A stretch of DNA of 64,000 nt from an uncultured Acidobacteriota bacterium (GCA_963702425.1 CAVPCQ010000033.1:28673-92672), one strand, 5' to 3'. Shown: positions 12,570-22,989, counted from the stretch's first letter. The notes: a model not told the origin generated them from the letters alone. Numbers and translations: made by a program.

Positions 12570-12790
12570 CGCTGGCCGCGCGGCACGCGCTGCCGCGGGT
12601 CCCGGCGGCGTCTCACGACGAGGTGCTGGCGCTGATCGAGGGCCGCGGACTGGCCGGCTCGGGGATCGGCTGGGTGGACGCTTACCTGCTCGCCTCGACC
12701 CTCGTCGCCCGGACGACGCGCTGGACGCTCGAGCAGCGGCTCGTTGCCGTTGCGGCGCGACTCGGGATCGCCGCTCCGGGCCAGCCCGAC
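12570..12790 (+). pseudogene. 5'-truncated VapC (PIN-domain) toxin remnant
   Basis: LPRVPAASHDEVLALIEGRGLAGSGIGWVDAYLLAS...WTLEQRL resembles the C-terminal half of VapC32-like PIN toxins; no N-terminus and no antitoxin. Confidence 0.65.
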
Positions 12791-12823
12791 GCCGACAGCC
12801 CGTTTTTCGCTATCCTCCCCTCC

Positions 12824-15247
12824 ATGCGCCCCGCCAATGCCTCCGTCCGGATCGCGATCGCCCTCCTCGCCGGGGCGATCCTCGCGTACGAGATCGTCCT
12901 CCTGCGCATCTTCTCGTTCACGATCTGGCACCACTTCGCCTTCATGGTGATCAGCGTGGCGCTGCTCGGCGTGGCGGTCAGCGGCGTCGTGCTGCAGCTC
13001 GTCCCGCGCGCGTCCGAGCCGGCCCCGCGCCGCGCCGCGCAGTACGCGCTGGCGTTCGCCGGGCTCGCCGTGGCCGCGGTGGCGGTGATCGGCCGCCTGC
13101 CGCTCGATCCGACGCGGCTTGGCGACGGCGCCGGTCCGTGGGCGCTCCTGTTCGCCTACTACATCGCCCTGCTGCTGCCGCTGACCGCGGCCGGACTCGC
13201 GGTCGGTGCGCTGCTCAAGGGGTTCGCCGCGAGCGCCCCGGCGGTCTACGGCAGCGATCTGCTCGGAGCGGCCGCCGGTGCGGTGGCGGTGATGGCCCTG
13301 CTGGAGCCGCTCGGCGCGGAGGGGGTGGTGCTGCTCGTGGCGGCGGTCGCGTGCCTCGGGGCCGGGATCCTGCGCGCCGGGAGCGCTGGGGACCCCGGCG
13401 GCACCGGCGCTGGCAGTCCCCTGCGCGCGGCGGCGCCGTCACTGGCGGCCGCGCTCGCGTTGCTGGCAGCGATTCCCCTCGCCCCTTCGGTCTTCGACAT
13501 CCGTCCCGGCCCCGCCAAGCTGCTCGGTGTCTGGCTGGCCGCGCCCGCCGCCGGCGCAATCGCCCCGCAGGTCGTCGCGACGCGCTGGAACGCCCTGGCC
13601 CGGGTCGACGTCGTCGAGAACATGCCGCCGGTCGCGTGGACCGTCAACCGGCGTGCGCCGGTGCAGCACGCGAGCGAAACGCTGCTGCTGCTCGATGGCG
13701 ACGCCGCCACGCCGATCATCCCGTTCGGCGACGCCGCACCGTCGGAGATGGCGCTGCTCGACTGGACGCTCGGCTCGGCGGCGTATCAGCTGCTGCACCC
13801 GGAACGCGTCCTGATCATCGGCGCCGGGGGCGGCGTCGACGTCCTGACCGCGCTGCGCCACGGCGCACGCACCATCGACGCGGTGGAGATCAACGGGGCG
13901 GTGATCGACTTCGCACGCGGCCCGTTCGCCGCGCGCGGCGGGCGCCCCTTCGAGCGCCCGGGCGTGACGCTTCACGAGGCCGAGGGACGCGCTTTCGTGC
14001 GGCGCTCGAAGGACACCTTCGACCTCGTGCAGCTCTCGCTGATCGACACCTGGGCGGCCAGCGCATCGGGCGCCTACAGCCTGTCCGAGGGCTATCTCTA
14101 CACGGTCGAGGCGCTCGGCGACGACCTCGCGCGCCTCGCGCCCGACGGCGCGCTGACCGTGACCCGCTGGGACTGGACGCCGCCGCGCGAGTCGCTGCGG
14201 CTGGTCGCCGTCGTCGACGAGGCGCTGCGCCGGCAGGGCGCGACCGACCCGGCGAAGCACCTGATCGTCTTCGGCCTCGGGCGGATGGCGAACCTCGTCG
14301 TCAAGAAGAGCCCCTTCACGCCCGAGGAGATCGCCCGCGCGCGGGCGCTGGCTGCGGAGCGCGGGTTCTTCGTCGTCTACGAGCCCGAGCGGCCGCCGGC
14401 GACCGCCTACGCCGCGTACCTGTCCGCGCCCGACCGCGGCGCCTTCGTGCGCGATTACCCGTTCGACATCTCACCGACCACCGACGACCGCCCGTTCTTC
14501 TTCCAGTTCGGGCGCTGGTCGAACCTCCGGCTCTTCGGCGCCGGTTGGAAGGACAACCCGCTGATCCTCTCCGGCCGGCTGGTGCTGGTCGCGGTGCTGC
14601 TGCAGGCACTCGTGCTGTCGCTGCCGCTGCTGCTGCTCGCGCTGCGGCGCGGAGCGGGCGCGGCCGGATCGTCCGCAGGCCCGGTCGCGGGCGCGGGCGC
14701 GATCGCCGCCTACTTCGCCGCGCTCGGCGTCTCCTTCATGCTGCTCGAGATCTCGCTGATGCAGCGCGTGACGCTGTTCCTCGGCAGCCCCGTGCTGGCC
14801 GCGGCGGTCGTGCTGGCCACGCTGCTCGCGGCGGCGGGCGCGGGGAGCCTGCTCGTGGCGCGACGGGCCGCGGTGCTGGCGAGCCCGTGGCCGATGATCG
14901 CCGCGATCGGGGGGCTGATCGGGCTCTACGCCCTGGGCCTTCCGTTCCTGCTGCGTGCCGGGCTCGGCCTCGGCGACGCGGCACGCGTCATGCTGGCGGT
15001 CCTGCTCGTCGCGCCGCTCGGCGTCGCGCTGGGGGTGCCGTTTCCCGCGGCGCTGGCGCGGCTCGCGGCGCGCGGCGGGGCCACGGCGACCGGGCTGGCG
15101 TGGGCGGCGAACGGCGTCGGCTCGGTGCTCGGGCCGATTCTCGCGTCGCTGCTCGCGCTGGACATCGGCCTCTCCGGCGTGATGCTGCTCGCCGGCGCGG
15201 GGTACCTTGCTGCGGGAATCGTCATCGCGCGCTGGTGGCGCGCCTAA
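12824..15247 (+). CDS. Multi-TM membrane protein with spermidine-synthase-like SAM-dependent domain
   Basis: N- and C-terminal TM bundles; VLIIGAGGGVDV, DAVEIN, EGRAFVRRS, YLYTVEA, PTTDDRPFFF, AWAANG. Confidence 0.85.
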   Translation: MRPANASVRIAIALLAGAILAYEIVLLRIFSFTIWHHFAFMVISVALLGVAVSGVVLQLVPRASEPAPRRAAQYALAFAGLAVAAVAVIGRLPLDPTRLGDGAGPWALLFAYYIALLLPLTAAGLAVGALLKGFAASAPAVYGSDLLGAAAGAVAVMALLEPLGAEGVVLLVAAVACLGAGILRAGSAGDPGGTGAGSPLRAAAPSLAAALALLAAIPLAPSVFDIRPGPAKLLGVWLAAPAAGAIAPQVVATRWNALARVDVVENMPPVAWTVNRRAPVQHASETLLLLDGDAATPIIPFGDAAPSEMALLDWTLGSAAYQLLHPERVLIIGAGGGVDVLTALRHGARTIDAVEINGAVIDFARGPFAARGGRPFERPGVTLHEAEGRAFVRRSKDTFDLVQLSLIDTWAASASGAYSLSEGYLYTVEALGDDLARLAPDGALTVTRWDWTPPRESLRLVAVVDEALRRQGATDPAKHLIVFGLGRMANLVVKKSPFTPEEIARARALAAERGFFVVYEPERPPATAYAAYLSAPDRGAFVRDYPFDISPTTDDRPFFFQFGRWSNLRLFGAGWKDNPLILSGRLVLVAVLLQALVLSLPLLLLALRRGAGAAGSSAGPVAGAGAIAAYFAALGVSFMLLEISLMQRVTLFLGSPVLAAAVVLATLLAAAGAGSLLVARRAAVLASPWPMIAAIGGLIGLYALGLPFLLRAGLGLGDAARVMLAVLLVAPLGVALGVPFPAALARLAARGGATATGLAWAANGVGSVLGPILASLLALDIGLSGVMLLAGAGYLAAGIVIARWWRA

Positions 15248-16680
15248 CGCGGCCCTTCTCCCGCCTCCACCGGCTCCAGCGCCAGCCACGGCGCGATGAA
15301 GTGCCGCGCGCGGTCGTACGCCTCGCAGACCTCGGACGGCTGCCAGCCGTCGCGCTTGTCGCGCGCCGGCGGCAGGCCCCACTTGTCGCGGAAGCGACGC
15401 CAGTTGGCCTCGAGGATCTCGGCGTAGGCCCGCGGCTCGAGGGCGAAGCTCTGCGAGCCCTCGTGGTGGATGAAGACGTCGTCCGCGCGGTACGGCACCG
15501 CGCCGGACGACAGCAGCCGCACGCCCCAGTCGTCGTCCTCGAAGTTGCCGGGGAAGAAGCGCGGATCGAAGCCGCCAATCCGGCGCAGCGTCGCGCGCGG
15601 GATCATCAGGCACAGGCCGGTGAGCCGCACGCACGGCGTCGCCTGCCCGCTCCGGCCGCGGGACAGCGCCTCGGCGAACGGCACGAGGCCGGACAGCGTC
15701 GTCTCGTCGTAGGTCACGCCGTCGAGCTTCTGCGGCCAGGTCACGCGGTTGGACAGCGGCCCGACCGCGCCGCACCGCGGCTTGACCAGGTGCGCCGCCA
15801 GCCGCGCCGCCCACTCCGGCGTGACGACGGTGTCGGCGTTGAGGACGGCGACGATGTCGCCGCGCGCCGCCCCCAGCCCGCGGTTGACGCTCGCCGCGAA
15901 GCCGCGTTGCGCACGGTTCACGAGCAGGCGCACGCGGACGTCCTCGATTGCCAGGCGTTCCAGCAGCGGCAGCGAGCGATCGGGCGAAGCGTCGTCGATC
16001 AGGATCACCTCGAGCAGGCCGGCCGTGTGCTCGAGGACGCTCTCGACCAGCCGCACCACGAGCGGAGCGTGGCCGCGCACGGGGATCACCACGGAGACGC
16101 GCTCCGCGCCGCCGAAGATCGGCAGCTCGGCCAGCGCGCCGATCGCCTCCTCCCCGTCGCCGTCCGGGACGACGCGCACCGGCATCGCCGGCGAGCCGCC
16201 CGACAGCGGGTAGCGGCGATCGATGTCGGCCACGACCAGCGCGTCCGCCGCGGTCCACAGCGGCGCGGTCTCCGGCACGCCGGCCTCCGGCCCGATCTCG
16301 AGGTCGACCGGCGCCCCGGCCGCGACGTCGGCGAAGGCCTGCAGCAGCGGCCACTCTCCCGGCGCCAGTCGGGCGTAGATCCGCGCCAGCGACGAGCCGC
16401 CGGTCGCCATCCGCAGCAGCACCGCCGCCGCCGCCTGCGCGTCCCTCGACGAGCCGCGTGCGAATGACTCGCCCAGCACGCGCTCGGCCTCGATCACCGG
16501 CGCACGGTCGGAAAAGCTCTCGGCGACACTCGCGGCGGTGCGCCCCGCCAGCGCGACGATCGCAACCGGTCCGGGCCAGCGGCGCGCCAGGGCCTGAGCG
16601 CGCCGCAGCGCCGGATCCGACTCTTCGCCGAACGCGCCGGTCAGGACGACGAGCGTCCCGGCCTCGCGCTCGAGGATCAC
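15244..16680 (-). CDS. Glycosyltransferase family 2 protein with N-terminal extension
   Basis: VSVVIP, VILIDDAS, GFAASVNRG, LNADTVV, GGFDPRFFPGNFEDDD, HHEGSQSF; GTG start overlaps the upstream TGA. Confidence 0.85.
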   Translation of the reverse strand: MILEREAGTLVVLTGAFGEESDPALRRAQALARRWPGPVAIVALAGRTAASVAESFSDRAPVIEAERVLGESFARGSSRDAQAAAAVLLRMATGGSSLARIYARLAPGEWPLLQAFADVAAGAPVDLEIGPEAGVPETAPLWTAADALVVADIDRRYPLSGGSPAMPVRVVPDGDGEEAIGALAELPIFGGAERVSVVIPVRGHAPLVVRLVESVLEHTAGLLEVILIDDASPDRSLPLLERLAIEDVRVRLLVNRAQRGFAASVNRGLGAARGDIVAVLNADTVVTPEWAARLAAHLVKPRCGAVGPLSNRVTWPQKLDGVTYDETTLSGLVPFAEALSRGRSGQATPCVRLTGLCLMIPRATLRRIGGFDPRFFPGNFEDDDWGVRLLSSGAVPYRADDVFIHHEGSQSFALEPRAYAEILEANWRRFRDKWGLPPARDKRDGWQPSEVCEAYDRARHFIAPWLALEPVEAGEGPR

Positions 16681-18230
16681 CGGGCACCCGGGTCGAGCAC
16701 CGTCACCGTCACCCCGCGCGCCTCGAGCAGTTCGCGCGCACCGCGCAGGAAGGTCGGCCAGCCGGGCTTCCCGTCGGCCGCGTCGAGGCCGGCCACGATC
16801 ACCTCCGAGACCCCGAGCCAGTGCGCCCACTGGAACGCCATCGCGGCGTCGCCCCCGGCCGGGAAGAACCCGACCTTCATGTCGTCCGACCAGCCGAGTG
16901 CCGGGCCGCCGGCGCGCTGCAGATCGAGCAGCGGGACCGTGGCTCGGGCGCGCGGCGCGAGTTCTGCCGGATCCAGCCGTTCGTCGTGCACGACGACGGC
17001 GCGGACCGCGGCCAACGCGGCGACCGCCTCCGGTGCGCGCGGCGGCTCGGCGAGGCAGACGTACTGCGCCAGGCCCATCCGCGCGGCGAGCCACGGGAGC
17101 GTCTCGGGCACGGCCAGCACGGCGGCCTCGGTCAGCAGGGCCGGGGAGAGCCTGTCGAGCCCTTGGACAGTCCCCAGCACGACCGCCCGCCCACCCGCGT
17201 GACGTCCGCGGTAGGCCTCCGGCGGGTGGCCGGCGGCGGTGGCCTGGGCGGGGACGGGGACGGGGGCGGGGGCCGGGGACTGGGGCGGGGGCGGGGGCCG
17301 GGGCGATCGCTGCCGCCGGGACCGACGCGGGGACGGGAGCGAGGCCACTCGGGGGCGGAGACGGCTCCGGCTCGGCCAGGGCAGTCAGAGCGGAGCCCGA
17401 CCCGGCAGAAGCCTCCAGGAGGCCGGCCGGGTGGGGCCCGACATCGACCCCGGAGCGGACCTCGATCGGAACGATCCGCGGGGCCGTAGCGGGGGGCGGG
17501 AGGTGCAGGGCGGTCGGCGGGCCGAGGTTCGTCACCGTCGAGGCGAAAGTCGATTTGACCTCGGTCCATTCTCTTTTTTCTGGCTCCGACTCGCCGAAAG
17601 AAATCGCCAATGACCCGGGGTCGCCGTCCGGATGGCCGTACGGTGACGGGGGAGCGGGGGGGGGGACGCGGGTGGCGTCGGATCCGGGGAGGGGGCGGAA
17701 CGGCGTTCGTGTTCCCGGCGCCGTCCCAGCAGGCCCGCCAGGTCGGTCATCCGGGAGAACAGGGCCGGCGCAGCCGAGGCGCGCAGCCGCCCCGGTCCCT
17801 CGTACCAGTCGGACAGAACGTCCACGCTGAAAAGCCCCGCCCGCAGCAGCGTCGGGCGGCGCTCCGAGAGGGCCGTGATCCCTTCGACCCAGGTCCAGGA
17901 GGCGGGGTCCTCCCCGCTTGTCAGCGGCGGCGGCGCGACCCGCGGGTCGAGATCGACGAGGAGGGTCGGGACCGGGGTGGAGGTCAGGCACCCGGAGGGG
18001 GCGAGCAGCACCTCTGCGCCCTCGTGCTGGACGAGGGCGTCGATGAACGGTGCGGGCAGCCGGGTTCCGTCGCGCACCGGGTAGACGAAGACGTCGAGAC
18101 CCGGCGGCAGGACCGCCGCGGTCGCTTGCCCGAAGGCGACGACGCGCGTCGTCCCCGGCGGGAGGGCCGCAAGCAGGGCCCCCAGGCCGTAGGCCGATGC
18201 CGGGTCGGGAACGATCGCCAGCAGTTTCAC
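16677..18230 (-). CDS. Hypothetical protein: N-terminal domain, Pro/Ala-rich linker, degenerate DUF115/MAF_flag10-like C-terminal domain; frameshifted
   Basis: GGAGG RBS plus GTG at 18230 (MKLLAIVPD...); C-terminal YRGRHAGGRAVVLGT..., GWSDDMKVGFF..., QWAHWLGVSEVIVAGLD. Confidence 0.55.
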
Positions 18231-18509
18231 ACCGCCTCCCCTCTCGTCCGGAGCCCGGGCCCGCACTGGCGGGGGGTCCGCAGGCCGGCCCGGCCGTCGG
18301 CCGGACCGGCTCTCGCGGAGCCGCCTGAGGGCATGGCTCCGAGGGCTCCTTGTGCAATCTCCATGCTCAGCCGGGGCGCCGCAAGCGCCTGATCGGCGGC
18401 GGCCGGGCGGCGACCCGGCGACGGCCCGCCGCCGGCCTGCCGCCGCCCGCGGCACCCCGTGTCGGTCCGTTGACGCGCTGGATGTGCGCTCGGTGCTATG
18501 TTCGCCACG

Positions 18510-19493
18510 ATGCGGGGCGTGCTGCTTTCCGTCGAAGACCTCGGTGTCGAGTTCCCGCGCGAGGGGGGTTCCGTCCGCGCCGCGAGCGGGGTCTCTTTCG
18601 CGATCGGCACCGGCGAGACGGTTGCGCTGGTCGGCGAGTCGGGCTGCGGCAAGTCGGCCACCGCGCTGGCTCTCTTCCGCCTCGTGCCGGCGCCCGGACA
18701 GATCACCTCCGGCCGCGTCGTCTTCGAGGGAACCGACCTGCTCCCCCTGCCGGACGCGGAGATCCGCCGCTTCCGCGGGGCCGGCCTGGCATGGGTACCG
18801 CAGGAGCCCGGGACGGCGCTCAACCCGGTGCTCACCGTCGGCTCGCAGGTCGTCGACGTGATCCGGGCGCACCGCGCGGTGCCGAAGCGCGAGGCGTGGG
18901 GGGAAGCGGTCGAGCTGCTGCGCCGCGTCGGGATCCCCGACCCTGCGCAGCGGGCGCGTGAGTACCCTCACCAGTACTCGGGCGGGATGAAGCAGCGCGC
19001 GCTGATCGCGATGGCGCTCTCGGCGCGCCCGAAGCTGCTCGTCGCCGATGAGCCGACGACCGCGGTCGATCCGACGCTGAAACTCGGGATCCTCGACCTG
19101 CTGCGCGAGTTGCGCGACGAAAGAGGGCTCTCGATCCTCCTGATCACCCACGACATGGGGGCCGTGGCGGCGCTCGCCGACCGCGTGCTCGTGATGTACG
19201 CCGGGCGGATCGTCGAGGAGGCGGGGGTGGACGCCCTGTTCGCCGACCCTCGCCACCCCTACACCCGCGGCCTGCTCGCCAGCGTGCCGCGGGTCGACAT
19301 CGCGCGCGGGGCGCTGCCCACGATCCCCGGGACGGTTCCCGACCTCGCGCACCTGCCGCCCGGCTGCGCGTTCCACCCGCGCTGCCCGCTGGCCGAGGCG
19401 GCGTGCCGGGCCGCCGTCCCGGAACTCGCCGCGGACCGGAGCGGCCGCCGGGTGGCCTGCATCGTCGCGCACCGCGAGACGGTGGCCCGATGA
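18510..19493 (+). CDS. Oligopeptide/dipeptide ABC transporter ATP-binding protein (OppD/DppD-like)
   Basis: GESGCGKS, YPHQYSGGMKQR, ADEPTT, ITHD, HPYTRGLL, GCAFHPRC. Confidence 0.93.
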   Translation: MRGVLLSVEDLGVEFPREGGSVRAASGVSFAIGTGETVALVGESGCGKSATALALFRLVPAPGQITSGRVVFEGTDLLPLPDAEIRRFRGAGLAWVPQEPGTALNPVLTVGSQVVDVIRAHRAVPKREAWGEAVELLRRVGIPDPAQRAREYPHQYSGGMKQRALIAMALSARPKLLVADEPTTAVDPTLKLGILDLLRELRDERGLSILLITHDMGAVAALADRVLVMYAGRIVEEAGVDALFADPRHPYTRGLLASVPRVDIARGALPTIPGTVPDLAHLPPGCAFHPRCPLAEAACRAAVPELAADRSGRRVACIVAHRETVAR

Positions 19494-20608
19494 CTGGCCC
19501 GCTGCTCGGCCCGCAGCACGACCCACTGCTCGAGGTGCGGGGACTGGTGAAGTGCTTCGGCGGCGGCGGCGGCGGGCTGTTCGTGCGTGGCGGGCCCGGG
19601 GTCCGCGCCGTCGACGGTGTCGACCTGACGGTCGGGCGCGGCGAGATCGTCGGGTTGGTCGGCGAGTCCGGCTCGGGGAAGACGACGCTGGGCCGGACGA
19701 TCCTGCGCCTGACGGAGCCCGACGAGGGCTCGATCACCTTCGACGGGATCGACATCCGGGCGCTCGGGAGCCGCGACCTGCGCCGGCTGCGGCGGCGGAT
19801 GCAGATCGTCTTCCAGGACCCCGGGGCCGCGCTGAACCCGCGGATGCGGGTGAAGAGCCTGGTCGGCGAGCCGCTGGTCATCCACGCCGAGAGGTGGGGC
19901 GAGGCGCGGGGACGGGCGCTCGAGGAACGGGTCGCGTCCCTGCTCGAGGAAGTCGGCCTCGAGCGCGACGCGATGCACCGCCGTCCGAACGAGTTCTCGG
20001 GCGGCCAGAAGCAGCGGATCGGGATCGCCCGCGCGCTCGCCCTGCGGCCCGACTTCCTGGTCTGCGACGAGCCGGTCTCGGCGCTCGACGTCTCGGTGCA
20101 GGCCCAGATCGTCAACCTGTTGGTCGACCTCCAGCGCCGCCACGGGATGGCCTACCTCTTCATCGCCCACGACCTGGCCCTGGTCGGCCACCTCTGCGAC
20201 CGGATCGCCGTGATGTACCTCGGCCGGATCATCGAGGAGGGGCCGGCGGCCGCGCTCGCGGCCCGCCCGCTCCACCCCTACACCCAGGCCCTGTTCGCCT
20301 CGTCCCCCCCGCCCGACCCGGAGATCGCGCGCCGGATCCGGATGCCGATCCCGGGCGAGATGCCGCCGCCGTCGGAACTCCCCGCCGGCTGCCGCTTTCA
20401 CCCCCGCTGTCCGCTCGCGGTCGAGCGCTGCCGGACCGAACCGCCCGCCCTCCGGGAGGTGACCGCTCGACACCGCGCGGCCTGCCACCGGTCGGAAGAG
20501 TTGCTGGCCGGGGCAACCCTTTTTCCCCGCGATGCGTCATCGTCTCCGTCAGCCGTACCCGGAACCGCGGGGCGCCCGACCCGTGGTCCGGGCCCGGCCA
20601 GCCCTTGA
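19490..20608 (+). CDS. Oligopeptide/dipeptide ABC transporter ATP-binding protein (OppF/DppF-like)
   Basis: GESGSGKT, FSGGQKQRIGIARAL, CDEPVSALDVSVQAQ, HPYTQAL, GCRFHPRC; ATGA coupling to the upstream gene. Confidence 0.93.
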   Translation: MTGPLLGPQHDPLLEVRGLVKCFGGGGGGLFVRGGPGVRAVDGVDLTVGRGEIVGLVGESGSGKTTLGRTILRLTEPDEGSITFDGIDIRALGSRDLRRLRRRMQIVFQDPGAALNPRMRVKSLVGEPLVIHAERWGEARGRALEERVASLLEEVGLERDAMHRRPNEFSGGQKQRIGIARALALRPDFLVCDEPVSALDVSVQAQIVNLLVDLQRRHGMAYLFIAHDLALVGHLCDRIAVMYLGRIIEEGPAAALAARPLHPYTQALFASSPPPDPEIARRIRMPIPGEMPPPSELPAGCRFHPRCPLAVERCRTEPPALREVTARHRAACHRSEELLAGATLFPRDASSSPSAVPGTAGRPTRGPGPASP

Positions 20609-20627
20609 TCTCAGGAGAGAGCGTCCC

Positions 20628-22301
20628 ATGAACGTCCCGAAGTCCCTCGCCCCCCTGTTCGTTGCAGGCGTTCTCGCCGCGGTTGCCCCCGTCACGCTCT
20701 CCCAGGAGGCCGGGCCGGCGCCTCTCCGGCTCTCGCTGGGGGAAGCGGTGGCCCAGGCGATCGAGCGCAATCTCGACCTGAAGGTCCAGCGGCTCGATCC
20801 GCCGCAGGTGGAGCAGTCGATCACGTTCGCCGAGTCGGCATTCGATCCGAGCTTCAACGCGACGGCGGGCTACAACTACCGCAAGCAGGAGCCGGTGACC
20901 GATTTCCAGGCGCTCTCCTCGGAGGGTTGGGACGTCGGGGCTCAGTGGTACAACCCGATCTCGTGGGGTGGCAACTACTCCCTGGACTTCGCCTATCGGG
21001 AGGACTCGGCCACGTACAGCCCCCTCGCCATCGCGCGATTCGGCCTGGTGCCGGACGACTACAACGGCTCGATGATCTTCACGTACAACCAGCCGCTGCT
21101 GCGCAACTTCGGACTGTCGATCAACCGCACCGCCATCGAGCAGACGAAGAACAACCTCAAGATCAGCGAGCAGCAACTGATCACGGGACTCCTGACGACG
21201 GTGAACCTGGTCGAGCAGTCGTACTGGAACCTGGTCGGCGCGCGCCGCCAGGTCGAGGTTTCGAAGTCGTCGCTCGCGCTGGCAGAGGACCTGCTGCGGC
21301 AGACCAAGATCAAGGTCGAGGTCGGGACGGTCGCGCCGATCGAGGTCACCACGGCCGAGGCCGAGGTGGCCGCACGGCAGGAGTCGGTGATCTCGTTCAC
21401 TGGCCTCGTGGGCAACTCCGAGGACCAGCTTCGCCGCCTGATCAACGTCCCGGTGGAGTCGCCGGACTGGAACCGGCCGATTCTGCCGACCGACCAGCTG
21501 GCGTTCGAGAAACCGTCGTTCAACATCGAGGTACTGATCGACACGGCGATGAAGAACCGGCCGGAACTGGCCGCGGCGGACCTGCAGAAACAGAACCTCG
21601 AGCTGGAGGAGCGCTATCGCGACAACCAGCTCAAGCCCGACCTGACCGCGCAGTTCTCGTACGGGACGTTCGGGAACAACTACAGTCGCGGCAAGCAGGC
21701 GGTGACGGGGACGCCTCCCGGGATCGATACGTACTACTGCGACCCCGATAACTCGCCCGTACTCTGCGGCAGGCCCTTCGAGCCCGTTACCGTGAAGGTC
21801 GACGCCCTCACCTACGACTCGCGCAGCGAGCTCTTCCAGGAGATCGGAACCACCGACAACAACTCCTGGCGTGTCGGCCTCTTCCTCGGTATCCCGGTCG
21901 GCAACCGTGCGGCCAAGTCCCAGTACGCGCGCACGAAGATCGCCCTCGACCAGCAGCAGCTGAGCATCGAGGCCGAGCGCGAGCGGATCCGCGTCGAGGT
22001 CCGGCAGGCGGTGCGCGACATCGAGACCGCGGCGGAGCGGATCGCGGCCGCGCGGTCCAACGTCGCGCTGCAGAAGAAGAAGGTCGAGGCCGAGCAGAAG
22101 CGCTACGAGAATGGCCTCTCGATCGCCTTCCGCGTGGTCCAGACGCAGGAGGACCTGCGCGACGCCGAGACCCGCGAGAACCTCTCGATGATCGACTACA
22201 ACAAGAGCGTCTCCTACCTCGCGCGCGTCACCGGCACCCTGCTCTCCGAGCGCGGCATCAACCTCGAGCAGGCGATGCAGGGAACGACGGGCGCGCGCTA
22301 G
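20628..22301 (+). CDS. TolC-family outer membrane efflux protein
   Basis: Signal peptide; LSLGEAVAQAIERNLDL, QPLLRNFG, AMKNRPEL, EQKRYENG; RBS AGGAGA. Confidence 0.88.
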   Translation: MNVPKSLAPLFVAGVLAAVAPVTLSQEAGPAPLRLSLGEAVAQAIERNLDLKVQRLDPPQVEQSITFAESAFDPSFNATAGYNYRKQEPVTDFQALSSEGWDVGAQWYNPISWGGNYSLDFAYREDSATYSPLAIARFGLVPDDYNGSMIFTYNQPLLRNFGLSINRTAIEQTKNNLKISEQQLITGLLTTVNLVEQSYWNLVGARRQVEVSKSSLALAEDLLRQTKIKVEVGTVAPIEVTTAEAEVAARQESVISFTGLVGNSEDQLRRLINVPVESPDWNRPILPTDQLAFEKPSFNIEVLIDTAMKNRPELAAADLQKQNLELEERYRDNQLKPDLTAQFSYGTFGNNYSRGKQAVTGTPPGIDTYYCDPDNSPVLCGRPFEPVTVKVDALTYDSRSELFQEIGTTDNNSWRVGLFLGIPVGNRAAKSQYARTKIALDQQQLSIEAERERIRVEVRQAVRDIETAAERIAAARSNVALQKKKVEAEQKRYENGLSIAFRVVQTQEDLRDAETRENLSMIDYNKSVSYLARVTGTLLSERGINLEQAMQGTTGAR

Positions 22302-22332
22302 GCCCGGGGATCGGGGCGCGCCGGGGCCGACC

Positions 22333-22983
22333 GTGTCCGCGCCCGTCGGGGGCTGGGTCGGCGCCTTTCTCGCGGCGGTCGCGGTCCTCGCGACGGTGGC
22401 GATCGTCGTGATCCTCGAGCGGGCCCGGGTGCTCCTCGCCGGGCCCCGCCCCCCGTCGGACGAGGCCTGCCGGGAGCGGGCCGCGGCGGTCGGCCGCCTT
22501 TTGAAAGATGGTCAAACCGCGGCGGCCGTGTCCCGGGGCCGGGAAGCGGGCCCGGGCCCGGCGGCCCTCGCCGGTGCCGCCTCCGCCGCGTGGACCGCCT
22601 CGGACGACGCCCTCCACGGCCGGCTGGAAGCGGTGGCCGGGCGGGAGATCGGCCGGCTCGAGCGCGGCGTCTGGCTGCTCGCGCTCGTCGCTAATCTCGC
22701 GGCGCTCCTGGGTTACTTCGGCGCCATCGCCGCGATGCTCGACGCGTTTTCGCTGCTCTCGGCGGCCGGGCTGGAGAAGCCGGAGCTGCTCGGCACGCTG
22801 ATCCGGCGCGCGCTCTTCGCGACCTTCACGGGGCTCGCCGTCGCGGCGCCGGCGCTCGTCGCCTACAGCGTCTTCACGGCGCGCGTCGCGGCCCGCGTGC
22901 GCGAGCTCGAGACCTGGGCCGAAGCGCTCTTTTCCGCACACGCCGCGGGGTTCCGCGAATTGACACCCCCCGTCGCCGGTTGA
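22333..22983 (+). CDS. MotA/TolQ/ExbB proton channel family protein
   Basis: Three TM segments; LERGVWLLALVANLAALLGYFG, ALFATFTGLAVAAPAL. Confidence 0.75.
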   Translation: MSAPVGGWVGAFLAAVAVLATVAIVVILERARVLLAGPRPPSDEACRERAAAVGRLLKDGQTAAAVSRGREAGPGPAALAGAASAAWTASDDALHGRLEAVAGREIGRLERGVWLLALVANLAALLGYFGAIAAMLDAFSLLSAAGLEKPELLGTLIRRALFATFTGLAVAAPALVAYSVFTARVAARVRELETWAEALFSAHAAGFRELTPPVAG

Positions 22984-22989
22984 TAGCAT
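22960..22989 (+). promoter_or_regulatory. Sigma70-type promoter of the nuo operon
   Basis: TTGACA (22960-22965), 18-nt spacer ending in TGA (extended -10), TAGCAT (22984-22989), 65 nt before nuoA. Confidence 0.6.

Noticed and set aside
17240-17305. G-run tract as a functional G-quadruplex or repeat element
   Set aside because: Explained by Pro-Ala linker codons on the minus strand.
15244-18357. Single 1037-aa glycosyltransferase
   Set aside because: A chimera of frames from the frameshifted upstream gene and the GT2 gene that starts at 16680.
18352-18370. Sigma54 promoter (GAGCATGGAGATTGCA on the minus strand)
   Set aside because: Lacks the invariant GG at -24.
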